Part shown: piece after piece, positions 1 through 13,498 of the stretch
Layout of the letters: each line of letters begins with the position of its first letter
Position numbering within the stretch: position 1 is the first letter of the stretch
From: Octopus sinensis
Lineage: Eukaryota
Direction of reading: 5' to 3'
Assembly: GCF_006345805.1 (NCBI RefSeq)
Contig: NC_042999.1
Location: forward strand, 97,092,001-97,156,000
Length of the DNA stretch: 64,000 nucleotides
Translations under genes and position numbers: made by a program
Notes under the pieces: generated by a model
What the model saw: the letters and a program-made list of their open reading frames with translations, nothing else
What the model was told of the DNA's origin: nothing
Database searches by the model: none

Positions 1-689
1 GGTGGAATTCGAGCAGCGAAAGGCATCTCGATTCTACAAGACGTTTGATGTCGAAATCAATTTGTGCACCAGAGTCAAAATATTTTTTGTTTATTTTACT
101 TGTTTTTTCCTCTCTTTTTTTTAGGAATTCGTTTTGTTTTTTTTCATTCTCTTTTACTCCTTCTTCTTTGTTAGATTCATCGGTTATCTAGTAAACAGAG
201 AACAATTTTTATGTTCTATATTCCTAAACTACTTACAACAGTCTTTTATTACGTTGCTACTGTCTTCTATATTTCCGCTATGTATTTATTTATACAATTA
301 TAGAATTTCCCTTCTATCTCCCAGTAGTTTGAATAACTGACGGTTTTTACTCGAAGTGTTTTCCACCCTATTGAATTGATCATCGTTCAATTCATTACAT
401 TGTTACATTCAATCATTATTGCCAGAGTTTATCTGTTAATGCCCAGTGATACATTGTTAATAATTACCTCTATCATTAGTACCCTTATTATAGTGGAGAT
501 TATCTAACGGAAAGCAGCTATCTCTTCCTCTCCCTACCAATCACTTTCTCCCTCATGTCAGCTCTTACACCAACCACACATTTGATAAAATCAAATATAA
601 AGTCCAAAAATATATCTTTGTTTTTGTTTTTTGCATAGATGATTTTGTTTAATTTGCCTTACAATATTTTTCTCTATTTAAGTTGATGT

Positions 690-1900
690 CAATGCTTGTC
701 AGCTGATCTTGACATTTATCAAAGGAGCTTCCACACTATTGCGTCTGATGACTTCGTACAACTCTCAATCTATCCCACCTTCCAAAGTGCAACCCATGCT
801 TTTGCTTCCTTGCCAAAAGTATTTGCCCAAATTCGCAGAATTCTCTTTCCTTACACTTCCAACAACGATAGTTCTGTAAGCCGTACACTCGCAACTACAC
901 AGCATACAATTTGCAAAACCCTCTAATTCTATCTCCCTTCACTCTTCCAGATTCACCACATCGCATACACTCACGCCAAATGCGAAAGTGCCTTCGGGCA
1001 CTTCAAAATATCAAGGCCAACGGTCCTGATAGTGTTCCTTCTATTATCCTAAAACATTGCGCCCTAGAGTTAGCTCCTATACGCAAACCCTTCGAACCTC
1101 CCCCGCTCTATAGAAATCTTTGGTCTTTGAAAACTCGCCCCCGTGTTCAAGAGAGATAACCTCTCTGGTCCTCTCTTTTGCACTCACTGTTAGTATTTAT
1201 AAAACAGTCATTAACAACGACATCTTTCAGCATCTAGAATCTTTTTCCCCTGTACGGTCTTCGTAGAATCGGATCCTCTGGGGATTTACTCACTTCTGGC
1301 ATCACTTTCCTTGGAGAAATTCAGCGAAAGCAATGCTCACGCCTTCGATTTCAGCAGAGATTTCCATCTGCATCAAAACTGGGTTTTGATGGCGGATTCG
1401 GGTTTCTTCTTCCCCCCTTTCCTTCTACACGTTAATGATTTACCATCATACACAATAAGATTCACTCGTCATTCATCCCTAACGTTCCGTAACCATGCAG
1501 CATCATCTTGCTACCTAAAAGCCACGCCAACTCACACTGACCCTATGAACAGAGACCGTAAAAGTATCATCGATTAGTCTTTTTCAGCTGTATGGAACCA
1601 CAAATGCTACTCATATCAAGAAAACTTCATTGCGTCATATACTCTATAATCATGAGCAGCACTCAGAGCTTACGAAATTAATTGAGTTTCGCTACCAGTG
1701 AGGAACTTTTCTGACCAAAGCACATCCTTAAAATAGCTAGGACCGTATTCCAACGACTGGCCCCTCCACTCAAGACCAGAAGTTATTTCAACTCCGAACA
1801 ATTATTAATACCCGGCGATGCTTAAATGAGGATTACAACGGAATATCGCTCTCACTTCGAAGACGGTGTCTGCACACAGACACGTTAGATCATCCCCCAG
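690..1900 (+). mobile_element. Decayed CR1/Jockey-group non-LTR retrotransposon fragment (pre-RT and RT start)
   Basis: ORF 911-1159 contains NIKANGPDSVPSIILKHCALELAPI, the typical KAxGPDxIPxxxLKxCAxEL start of LINE RT. Downstream frames are broken and heavily deleted. Confidence 0.65.
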
Positions 1901-2759
1901 AAAAGAATCAGCTGATTCAATGGCATAAAGTTATTCACAGACATGCTCGAGTCTCTGGCTCACATCTTTCCCGTAGGTGTTGATGTGACAAAAAAAGCAA
2001 GGGAAACATGAATGCCATTTGTCACACCCTTCTAGGAGGGTCTGCGAAAACTACTGGACACTGTCCCTTTCTCGAAATCCAGTGAGTAAAACAGATAACG
2101 GCCAAATCTCTTACTTGTCAAACCCGACAAGTTTTTTTAAAAGGATACGAATACAATTTTGCTCCTGAATAGTCACGACTGGAACGACTTTTAAGATAGG
2201 TCCGCTGGATCTCAGTTAATCTGAAACTAACCAACAATCATGTTCCCTTTGCATCAGAGAGGAAAGGTGATCGCTAGTCTGCGAGAAATGAAGGACAAAT
2301 TGCCTTCAAATTGCACCATACCGTCTTAAATTTGGAAACGAAACTTTGGACGATGAATTATATATACACTGGTTTTAAGGCTAAATTTGACGATATGTCT
2401 TCTTTTTTCAGGAACGGTCTCATGTATTGGTGAACAGATGACAGCGTTTGAGAACATAAAGATTGAAGTTGTAGATGAGAAAAAGTTAGCTGACACGGAG
2501 GACTGGAAGTCATTTTAAAATTAGAAAGGACGAAATACCGACATCAGGACTGCTGCTTATTGCTCTGTGAACATTGTTATGGCTGTAAGACATGACAACG
2601 ATATCATGAAACGAAGTTTCCCCGAAACCTGTGGGTTTTGGGTGCGTCTCTAGTGAGAGTGACGTCATGCCGTCCCACATCTTTGGACAGGACTTTGACT
2701 CAACTTAGACGACTATGTAAAGCTGGTGGAGACTGTCGTCAAACCCTGGCTAGAAAGGG

Positions 2760-3110
2760 TTGCTGCTAGAAGGCTACATGTATGACAGCAGGATTCAGCC
2801 CCTCGCTTTACCTCCGGAAAGCGCCAGTAGTCCTTGTCGAATAATTTCTGCGACTTCACCTGCTTCAATTTCTGGCCTCCTAACTTCCCCGATTGTAATG
2901 TTATGGATTATTATGTGTGAGACGCAGCTGAGGAAGACACCAACCGCTCTGCCTGCAACACCAAGGCCGAACTGATGGTCAAAATCGAAGAGGTATTCGC
3001 GAAGATCTTCCTTAGGACACTGCGGAGAACGCATGCGCCAAGTCTCGGAGCCGTTTTGAGGCCCCAGTGGAAGCAGAGGGCGACTACTTTGAGTAAATTC
3101 ATATCTCATC
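2760..3110 (-). mobile_element. Possible Tx1/L1-type LINE relic (pre-RT region)
   Basis: ORF 2795-3109 contains EDLREYLFDF and ends in ALSGGKARG, resembling the segment before the KSPGxDG motif of L1/Tx1 ORF2. Weak similarity only. Confidence 0.3.
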
Positions 3111-3212
3111 CATAATCTAGTTGGTATTTGGTGTTTAAAATACTTTTATTTTTGGATGGAATATAGTGCTTTCTTTTACTTTTATGCAACTGTCAAATTT
3201 AGCCTGAACACC

Positions 3213-3459
<247 letters not shown>

Positions 3460-3632
3460 TTTATCCTTCACTTGTTTCAGTCATTGGATTGCAACCATGC
3501 TGGCAAACTGTGTTTGAAGAGTTTAGTCGAACAAATCGACCCAGTAATTATTCTATCCGTGTTTTTTATTACGTTGAAGCGACATAAACAAACCAACACC
3601 AGTTCTCAAGCGGTAGTAGGGACAAACACAAA

Positions 3633-3689
<57 letters not shown>

Positions 3690-4485
3690 AACACACAAAC
3701 ACGCATATACACACATGTGCGTGCAAGGTACTCAGTTGGAGATGCAGCTGTTGTTACTGGTATATAAATATTAATGTATATGAATCAGTGGTAGAGAATG
3801 CCGTTCTAAAGAGAGCCACTTTAACGGAAACAAATAAAAATGTAGTTGATCGGGTTAACTGATAAGGGACGTAATTCAGTTCAGTGAGCTTGCTATTTAC
3901 TTCCCTTATCAGCTTCATTCCAATATTAATGTAATTAATATTACATGTATGACTAGAGTAACTTTTGTCCTTCCCGTTAACGTTACTATAGTTGCTGACG
4001 CTACTTCTTGTGTTGCTGCTACCGGTGTTGCTGTTGTTGTTTAACCCCAGGTCGACTCTCACTGAGAAAACTTATAAACAAAGGTATCCTGGCTGTATTT
4101 TGATTATGATTTGGCTATTATTTCAGTCAAGTCGAATAAATAGTACAGGTTACCTAATCGGCTTCTCTCCTATTGCTGTTATGAATGTTTCTTTTTTGTT
4201 GTTTTTTGTTTTGATTTCTTTTTTCATTTTACTACTACCTCAGCGAATGATGACTTTTTTGTATTTTGTTTGCCTTTTTTTAGCCCCAGGTCAAATCTGA
4301 TTGAAGTAGACGTGATCAAAAGCATTCCAGCATCAACAACTCTTGCTTTTTAGAAGTATGAAGGACTACATTATCTAATATATATTTTCATTTCCCAAAC
4401 AGTTTTAATTTGAGGAATTATTTGGTGTTACTTCTAACAGATCGAGCGACCACATAGAGGCTCCCTCTTTTGCTCATAATGCTGC

Positions 4486-4521
<36 letters not shown>

Positions 4522-4649
4522 CGTTGTTGTTTTTGTTGTTGTTGCAATGGCACTTTCTTCTAACAGTGTAAACCTCGCATTACAAGCGAAAGAGAGAGCC
4601 TCTACGTGGTCGTTCGCTCTGTTAGAAGTAGCATCAAATTATGTCACGT

Positions 4650-5950
4650 GACACCGGCGTAGAAGTGAAAGAAACAGACAGTGAGTTTGGACTTGGGTTC
4701 ACAGAGGAGATCCTCCTCCATATCAAACCTGATGAAATGAAAAAGACCTCAGACCTTACCCATCTGATCAATGGGGTGTAACTGCGTGTGGCAGTTAAAG
4801 GAAGCAAGCCAATATGCCACTTGTGTGTTACGAAAAGCCACTTCAGAGCTTTCTGAAACTAAAAACAAAAAAAAAAACACAGGTGTGTGGAAGCCCCTAC
4901 TATCGCCGAGGCAAACCACGACTACAGCATACAGCGGCAGTAGCAGAGAAGGGAACATGAACAACAACAGCGCCAAGTCGAAATCCGGGAGGTTAGACGA
5001 AACAAATGAGTTCTCTTTAACCAGTCAAATTCTCACGCCATCCCTACCAAAACTACCACCCCCTCAGTCACATCAAAATCAGCTAATCACGTAACCACAC
5101 TTCTAACAACACGAAATAGTAGATGCGACAACCATAGAGCAACAACAGGAACAACAACAGCAACAATAACAACAATAAGAAAGGCTGAGGTTGCACTGAA
5201 AGGAATGCTATTGGTTTAGTAAACCCAGATCACTGGACGTGAATGCGGTTGCCATAAGCGAATCAAGAATTTCCAGGATGCACGCACTCGTGCCCTTTTT
5301 GATTACTACAAGGTGTACGCGTCTCTCAGTTGACCTGGAACGGGTAGAATAACAGTACTTTTTTGAAAAGGCTTTAATCGCGAGGTACAGACGATCTTAT
5401 TAGATTCGAACAGAAGATCGGTGCTGCTGGACGTGAGCAGCAGCAAGAGCTATGCCTTCAAATTAGTGGCCGTCTATAACTTGACAGAATCAAGGTAGCC
5501 GGATTTCTTCAGACTTCTAGAATCATTTTGGAGTGCGTTCTTCTCTTTAGTGCGAACGGGAAACTGAAATGGTTTTTTAGATGCACACTAGGATTACATG
5601 AGCTGATAGGGGAGATTTTGAGCAAAACCCTCGCAAATCTACTCTGATTGTTCCAATCACAAATATTGTTTTGACTGGATTTCTTGATTGCGTTATTGTG
5701 GAATTAGAACAACCGCATTGTGTATTTAAATCGTATCTGGTCACATATTTACTAGATCAGGTACCAGTGATGTTGTTGAAAGTCCATAATTTCAACCAAT
5801 CGGTTATATAAATGAAACAATGAAATGCAATATTTTCTTTAAAAATTTTTTTTTTTTTTTTTTGGAACACTCACTAGGACTTTATCTAAATGATGTGAGG
5901 AGCGAACACGGTAAACGTTTTTACCGGGATGTTTCTACCACAGAAAAGCA
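4650..5950 (+). mobile_element. Decayed Tx1/L1-clade LINE (end of ORF1 plus apurinic endonuclease domain)
   Basis: Frames at about 5225-5530 read RSLDVNAVAISESRI and EVQTILLDSNRRSVLLDVSSSKSYAFKLVAVY..DFFRLLESF, typical of the Tx1 endonuclease. Stops and frameshifts are present. Confidence 0.6.
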
Positions 5951-6469
5951 TTAGCTAGGCAACTGGAAACTCTATATATTTACTCATCACTTTTGAATTC
6001 TTAAGAGAATTTTCTGGAGCAAAGTACAGCAGAAAATCAAACCAAACTACTTTTTAAACAACAAGTATGCCTTTCCGGAAGTATTTTATTAATTATAAAT
6101 GTATTTCAGAATTTAATTATATTCCACACAAAAACCTGAGCTAATGGAGAAATGTTACAAACTTATTTTGATTAAGCACAAAAGAATATCAGTTATTTTC
6201 ATCTTTGAGACACGAAAAAATATTTGTTCCCCAGTGTTAAATGTTTATTGCCATAACACTTCATTCCCTTTGGAAAAGCAATAACGTCACATTTTCCCAA
6301 TTTTCTCCTTCAGACTGAAATATTGTCCCTCTAGAGGAAACAATTATTTATTTGAATGACGTAACAGATGACACAGTTTGTAGAGAGCCGAAGTTTGGAA
6401 CATGTATCAAATGTCGAGCTTAACCCCTTCACTTGTGCCAAATGTGCTGTATTATAGAGATATCTTTAT

Positions 6470-7270
6470 TTATTAACTGTACTGGTTGATATTTTTAGCT
6501 GTTTGCTACAGTAAAGGTTATATGTAGTTGTCAATTACTGTATTGATATCTGTAGTCGTTCACTACTGCACTGATATCTTTAGTCGCTCAAAATTGCACT
6601 GATACTTTTTGTTGCATAATAATGTATTGGTATCTTTAGTGGTTCACCACTGCACTGATATCTTTAATTATTCACTACTGCACTGATCTCCTAAGTTACT
6701 CAATATTGTACTTATTATGAAGCAATATTCTTTTCTACTCTAGGCACAAGGCCCGAGATTTTTGAGGAGGGGTCAGTCGACTAGATCGACACCAGTACGC
6801 AACTGATAGTTAATTTATCGATCCCGAAAGGCTAAAAGGCAAAGTCGACCTAGGCGAAATTTGAACTCATAACGTAAAGACAGACGAAATACCTATTTCT
6901 TTACTACTCACAAGGGGCTAAACACAGAGGGGACAAACAAGGACAAACAAACGGATTAAGTCGATTATATCGACCCCAATGCGTAACTGGTACTTATTTA
7001 ATCGACTCCGAAAGGATGAAAGGCAAAGTCGACCTCGGCGGAATTTGAACTCAAAGCGTAACGGCAGACGAAATACTGCTAAGCATTTCGGCCGGCTTGC
7101 TAACGTTTCTGCCAGCTCGCCGCCTTATTATAAAGCAATATTGTACAATCTTTAGCTTTTCATTACAGTACTAATATCTTTCGTTGTATTGATGTCGTTA
7201 GTTAACTACTGCACTGATATCGTTAGTTGCTCATTCCTGTACTAATATCTTAAGTTATTCAATTCTTTTA
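6470..7270. repeat. Degenerate ~29-bp minisatellite (ACTACTGCACTGATATCTTTAGTCGTTCA-like), interrupted by the SINE at 6730-7124
   Basis: Repeated CACTGATATC(T/G)TTAG units at 6520-6710 and 7140-7270. Confidence 0.7.
6730..7124 (-). mobile_element. tRNA-related SINE, family A (GGCGGCGAGCTGGCAGAA head), two-unit form with 18-bp TSD
   Basis: Head and B-box-like GAGTTCAAAT on the - strand, with an internal ~170-bp unit present twice. TSD TTATTAT(G/A)AAGCAATATT at 6712-6729 and 7125-7142. Confidence 0.9.
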
Positions 7271-8018
7271 GTTGTTCACCCCTAAGATTTTGTGTGGTTA
7301 ATGATTTGATATGGGGGATAACGTGTGAAGCAGCAGCACAACTATTGATTTTATTATAAATTCTACCCGGCTTTCTAAAGAGTTAGCAACTGTTGGGGGA
7401 TTACTTGTTTTCTGGAAGGTCAAGTTTAGTGGAGCAGTTTTTGCTTTGTTTGAGACATCCAGGATATTACCAGTGATCATGAAACCTAGCATTTGTAGAA
7501 ACTTTGGAAGTTTTATCTAAGAACTTTCTATGACTAGGGTTCATGAGTGTTTTTATATGTGCAGTGAAGATATCTTTGTGCAGTTGAAGGAGACGTGATT
7601 TATACGGCTCCATCTTTTTGAGGACCTGTTTATTGAGACAGTGTAGGTTTGGCATAAGGTGTCTAGATTTCACGTGAATGATGATTGTATGCAGAAGTGA
7701 GAGAGAAGTGCAAGTTGATATCGTTTACATAGGAAGTGACATTGTTTGAGTTTTTTGATGTACATGTGGAGAATATAACTAAATCTTGAAACACACTTGA
7801 GTTCACAGAGTATGATTCAGATAGAGTTCCGTTTTCACATGCTGCGATTATGTAATCTTCAAATGTGAGATTGATGCAACCCCTAGGCAAGCAATTATTT
7901 AGGAGATTCGTATGTTAGACACAATCGAAGACTTTGCAGATGTCAAGTGCAACAGCTTATGTTGTTCGCTGCTTCTATCTTCAGTTGATCCCTGATGTAC
8001 GCAGTATCCTTAGTTTTT

Positions 8019-8375
8019 AACAATTATTCGCTATATATTGACCGTTTGCTACAATACATTGTAGCTTTAGTTGTTCTCAACTGCGCTAAGATATTAAGCT
8101 GACCACTAATATACATTTTATGGTTGAATTTTCAAGATATAAAATTATGTACTGCTTGCTCCTATTTACATATGTTTAACAATTATACGCTATACATTTT
8201 GACAATGATCCGGTATATATTGGCTGTTTACTACAATACATTGTAGCTTTAGTTATTCCCTGCTGTGCTGAGATATTAAGTTGTTTACTGATATACATTT
8301 TATACTAGGTTTTCAATATTGAAAACGATGCACTAGCTTTTTGCTCCCTTACTTAACTTATTTACATATGTTTAA
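8019..8375. repeat. Degenerate tandem duplication of a ~160-200-bp unit
   Basis: CTACAATACATTGTAGCTTTAGTT...GATATTAAG...TATACATTTTAT...TATTTACATATGTTTAAC occurs twice in succession. Confidence 0.7.
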
Positions 8376-9156
8376 CTCTATTCATTGTTGTACATGGTAT
8401 ATTAATTTATTCGCTATAATACGTGATATTTTGATTTGCTCACAGTTGTACATAGCTTTCAGTTTTCATTATTTTTAGCCTGTTCTAGACCAGTACTCCG
8501 CAACCTCTTTTTACTTGCGGTACGCTTATATTCTTTTCAAAATTCGGTGGCACACCTGAATTAAAAATATAACTAAATGTATAGGGGAAAATATTATATT
8601 CAGGCTACATTGCATTGCACCTAGCATCGTCTCATGGCACACCTAGATCAACTTTGAGGAAACACACTTATTTTCGAAGATGTTCCAGTCATTACCATGC
8701 ATTACCCCAGTAACTTTGGACCACATTATGTAATGTGTCCAACGTGACGATAAAGCGTAATTTGTGAGAGACTTGGTTACTATTTATGGCAGGTCGATTG
8801 ATAGTGTAAAGGTTCCTTCGTTGGTTCGTGACATATTTAGTTGATCATAAATAAATTTATTATGATTAGTTATTCACTTCTATACATATCTATTTGTCCA
8901 CTACGGTACGCAGTTTACACGGTAAGTAACTACTTGATCCGGATAGTGTTGCTGTTAAATCGTATGTACATCTTGTAGTATGAATGAACTACTGAGTTCA
9001 TGCATGTTGCCTTGGTGAACTCCAATGTTTCACTTCACTTAATAGTTCTTTTACAATTGGATATCAATTTTGCACTTTTTTTTTGCATTCGCTGTCCATT
9101 CGTCAGAAGTATAACTGACCATTATGGTACTGTGATCTGCTGCCTTCCTTTTGCTG

Positions 9157-9266
9157 TCTTCTTCTTCTTCTTCTTCTTCTTCTTCTTCTTCTTCTTCTTC
9201 TTCTTCTTCTTCTTCTTCTTCTTCTTCTTCTTCTTCTTCTTCTTCTTCTTCTTCTTCTTCTTCTTC
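9157..9266. repeat. (CTT)n microsatellite
   Basis: Directly visible; source of the poly-F and poly-E ORFs. Confidence 0.97.
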
Positions 9267-9349
9267 TTTCAATCAGGACTCACGCCACTAGCCACAAAGA
9301 ATAATCTCTAATTCGAGCCTACTCTAAGCTACTAAGAATGTGTGTGGCA

Positions 9350-9735
9350 ACTTGAAGATCCACCCATCACACGCGATAGACTGGCGGTTGCATGGGCGCG
9401 AAAGCTATGTTGTTATACGCATTCCGTAAACGGTGGCTTTTAACGGGTGGAGAGCTGAAACCATCCTGGGCTACAGAGGATTCTGAAAGTTTACCACACC
9501 ATAGAGGGTTACACCATGGTTCCTCTGCTTTGTGGCAGAAGTAGGAAGAAAGAGTGAGGGAAAGTTGTGGTGAAAGAATACAGCGGGGTTCACCACCACC
9601 ACCACCCCGCCGGAGCCTCGTTGAGCTTAGGTGTTTTTGCTCAATAAACACTCACAATGCCCGGTCTCGGAATCGAAACCGCGTTTTTACGACCGCGAGT
9701 CCGCTGCCCTAACCACTGGGCTATTGCGCCTCCAC
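9350..9735 (-). mobile_element. tRNA-derived SINE, family B
   Basis: Reverse complement begins GTGGAGGCGCAATAGCCCAGTGGTTAGGGCAGCGGACTCGCGGTCGTAAAAACGCGGTTTCGATTCCGAGACCGGGC, with A- and B-box-like motifs. Shares ~190 bp with 15844-16231. Confidence 0.85.
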
Positions 9736-10168
9736 TTTTGCTGTTGTTGTTGCCGCGGCTGCTACTACTGCCGCTGTTGTTTAACCACCCTTCCCAAGTC
9801 CACCCTGACAGAACAGATCTGCTATTAAAGACCAACATGTGTCTATTGTGCTAAGATTAGCTTACCGAATGTACTCTGCCTTTTAAAGACGAAACAGCTT
9901 GATTTGAGGGAAATTCGGTTGCTATTTCTAACAGACTTCAGGGTTACCTGTTGCCTCGTTATATTGAAGGAATAGTCAACAGTTTCAAGTAGAAGAAAAC
10001 TAGATACGATTATTCCCCTGTAGTTTAACAGTATGTACCTGTTTCTGGCATAGGGATTTTAACGAACCCAGAAGTGATTTGTTGACTTTCTGATTTTGGT
10101 AATTAACCAACGTAATAAATAGGTTTTTCATTTAGTTATTCTAATGTAAAATGTGTGATAGTAGTATC

Positions 10169-10222
<54 letters not shown>

Positions 10223-10765
10223 TTAGCCCTAGTTCAGCCCTGACTGAGCTGACTGATGATTAAGGGTGCTCCACCCTTAGCCATACTATATTTTCCTACA
10301 TCTGGAATCATATATTCGTATTGCAATATATATATATATAAAAAAAAACGACAGACAGGGGTTTAATATTACGAAAATTTCGGCTGTCGAATGACTACGT
10401 AAAGGGCCCCTCACTGAGTTGTGACCTCATAACAAGAATGCATTGTCTACTTGTGAATATTTCTTTACCTTTACTCTAAAGGACTTTGAGTATAGCTGTT
10501 TAACACTTGACTTTCAGAAAATTTGGGAACCAGACATGACACGAATTAAAGTGTCAAGGACACACACAGTGAGGCATAAAATACCATAGACTATATTATC
10601 ATATCCAGCGAAGAAATCATAAATGAATAAAAATGCCGCTAATCTTTGTTCTAGTTGAAGGAAAATTTATCTTGTCACAATTATACAAAACGAGATGCAT
10701 TGCACCAAGCTGTCTTATGTGAAAAATTATTGGACGGATTATTCAGCAACTGGTTTATTTATTTA

Positions 10766-10803
<38 letters not shown>

Positions 10804-10998
10804 TATTATTATTATTAGAATTGTCAGCGCGCTGGACAAAATGCTTAGCGGCATTTCTTCTGCCTTTTCGCCAAGGTCGTCTTTGCCTTCAATCTTTTCA
10901 GGGTCGATGAAATAAATACCAACTGAACACTGGGATCAATGTAATCGACTTAACCCCTCCCCCACAAAATAGTTACATTTTCCCTTATAATAATAATA

Positions 10999-11063
<65 letters not shown>

Positions 11064-11069
11064 CATTAT

Positions 11070-11310
11070 ACACAACAAATTAGACAGTTAGAAAAGAAAA
11101 AAATCCTAACATCGGGGTACAACAAGTAACCTTAGATGCCAAGAACCCTCCTAAGTACCATAGTTGTTTTCTGGAGCTGTACTAAACTAGGTGTTATGCC
11201 TATTTCCTCTATCCATCTGTTCAGATCTTTAGGGATAGTTTCCAATACACCTATAACTACTGAGATACATTTCACCAGCTCTTTCCATAGTTTCTGTAAT
11301 TAAATGACTA
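11070..11310 (-). mobile_element. R4/Dong-clade LINE, extreme 3' fragment with (AAT)n tail
   Basis: Minus frame reads LWKELVKCISVVIGVLETIPKDLNRWIEEIGITPSLVQLQKTT..VLRRVLGI*, like the C-terminus of restriction-like-endonuclease (RLE) retrotransposons. The tail merges with (TAT)n at 10990-11065. Confidence 0.6.
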
Positions 11311-11546
11311 ATGTCGAAATATCGTTCACTAGATGACAATGGCACTCTTCTTTTTTTTTTTTTTTTTTGCTTCTATATCTTGTAGAGGAGTTACCGCAAT
11401 CCTATATATATATATTAACCAAAATGAAGTAAATTGACACGTTTATTTTTTAAACTTGTGGAAGACACACGCGATGTCGAAATATCATTCACTTGATGAC
11501 AATGGCACTCTTCTTTTTTCTGCTGCTATTTTTTATTGTTGTTGTT

Positions 11547-11752
11547 AAGCTGGCAGAATCGTTAGCACGCCGAGCGATATGCTTAGGGGCATTTCCGCCG
11601 TCCTTAGGTTCTGAGTTCAAATTCCGCTACGGTCGACTTTGACTATCATCCTTTCGGGGCCGATAAATTAAGTACTAGTGAAACACTGGAGTCGATGTAA
11701 TCGTCTAGTCCCTTCTCCAAAAATTTCGGGCCTTGTGCCTTTAGTAGAAAGG

Positions 11753-11800
<48 letters not shown>

Positions 11801-11808
11801 TTTATTAC

Positions 11809-11862
<54 letters not shown>

Positions 11863-12064
11863 TAAGGCGGTGAGCCGGGAGAATCTTTAGCACGCCGACG
11901 CATTTCGTCCGTCCTTGGGTTCTGAATTCAAATTCCGCTCAGGTCGATGTTTTTACTATCATCGTTTCGCTGTCGATAAATTACGTACTAAGGAAACACT
12001 GGGGTTGATGTAATCGACTGGCCCTTCTCCAAAAAATTCAGGTCGTGTGCCTTTAGTAGAAAGG
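11547..12064 (+). mobile_element. Two family A SINEs in tandem (11547-11752, 11864-12064) separated by (TAT)n
   Basis: Both show CTGGCAGAATCGTTAGCACGCC-like heads, GAGTTCAAAT/GAATTCAAAT boxes and the same 3' end GTGCCTTTAGTAGAAAGGATT(ATT)n. Confidence 0.85.
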
Positions 12065-12081
12065 ATTAATATTATTATTAT

Positions 12082-13436
12082 TCCCTTTGCATAGCTTCTA
12101 ATACTGGAGATGTACTACAGTGTCTTGCAACCCCTATTTGTTCCACGTACTTCTCGAGATTTTTGCTCACTGTTCCCAGGGCTCCGTCAATTATTGGTAC
12201 TACAGCTACTTTTTTATCGACCACAAATGCTTAACTTTCCAAGCTAACCTGTCATATCTGTCGACTTACCTTTCTTCCTTATCGCATACCTTGTTGTTAG
12301 CTGGGCATGCTATATCCATGATCCAGCATTGTTTGTTTTCTTTATCAATTAAGACTATGTCCGGCTTCCTATTCTCAACCTCATGATCGGACTGAGCTAT
12401 AGGATCTTTGCATTTCCATTTTCGACGAGCCTTCAGGTTTGTGGTCGTACCAGTTTTTTGCTCTGTCAAGTCCATACTTGTTGTAAAATGTCCAATGGAC
12501 AAGCCTGGCTATATTGTCGTGGCATCTCTTATATTCCTTCTAGGATAGTGGCGTACATTGGCTGGTAATATGCCATGCGGTTTCACCATTTTGTCCACAG
12601 ATTCTGCACTTATCACTTTCTGCTGTGTTGTCTAGTCTGTATTTTATGTAGTTTATTCTTAGTACTTGCTCTTGGGCAGCACAAATTAGAGCCTCCGTTT
12701 CCGGTTTTAAATCACTTTTAGTCATCCACAGCCATCTTTTTTCTCTGTCTGTCTTATCTTCAGCATCCCTTTGAAATTACCCATGCAATCTTTTCTTTAC
12801 CCACTGATTTTCAGTTTCATTCGTTTTCAATTTCTTGTACAGTGCTTTATCTTTGCAATACTTTATCCTACACAAGCCTGACCTTCTAACTTCTAATAAT
12901 AGCGGCTCTGTGGTATTTTTTATATACCATGCTGTTGTTTTCTTCTGCTCTAATGCTGTGTTCACATCCAATAAGTCATCTTCCCCTTCTTTTTCTTGGT
13001 ACATACAGTCTGTCTGTGTCACTTTTTGGGTGGAGTGACCCATATCTAGTTAGCAACTTCCTTGTCTTTCTGTCTAAGCTGTTTATAACTCGTCTACTGT
13101 CCGTGCGATTACTCCTGCTCCATATCTAAGAAGTGAAACCGCCTAGGTGTTGATAGCTTCGATCTTATTCCATCCATTTAATTTCGACTTAAAGATCAGT
13201 CTCAGTCTGCGCAAGTACTCCACCTTAGTTTTTTCTGTCATTTCTTTCTCCATCTATTTCTCCATTTCCAAAGTTCCGAAGTACTTATTGCCCGTCTCTT
13301 CTATCTGCTTCATAACCTCCCCCGATGGTATCGTTAGCCCGTCCATACATTTGATTTTGCATCTCTTCAAGACCAACACACAACACTTTCTCTGTCCGAA
13401 CTCCATTCTTATATCAGCACTGAAGGTATACACCGT
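12082..13436 (-). mobile_element. 5'-truncated R4/Dong-clade non-LTR retrotransposon (end of RT, CCHC knuckle, RLE endonuclease)
   Basis: Minus frames read FSADIRMEFGQRKC, PETEALICAAQEQVLR, CRICGQNGETAWHITSQC (CCHC) and RKPDIVLIDK..WIMDIACP (PD..D). Frameshifted; bounded by TAT repeats on both sides. Confidence 0.9.
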
Positions 13437-13438
13437 AA

Positions 13439-13497
<59 letters not shown>

Positions 13498-13498
<1 letters not shown>

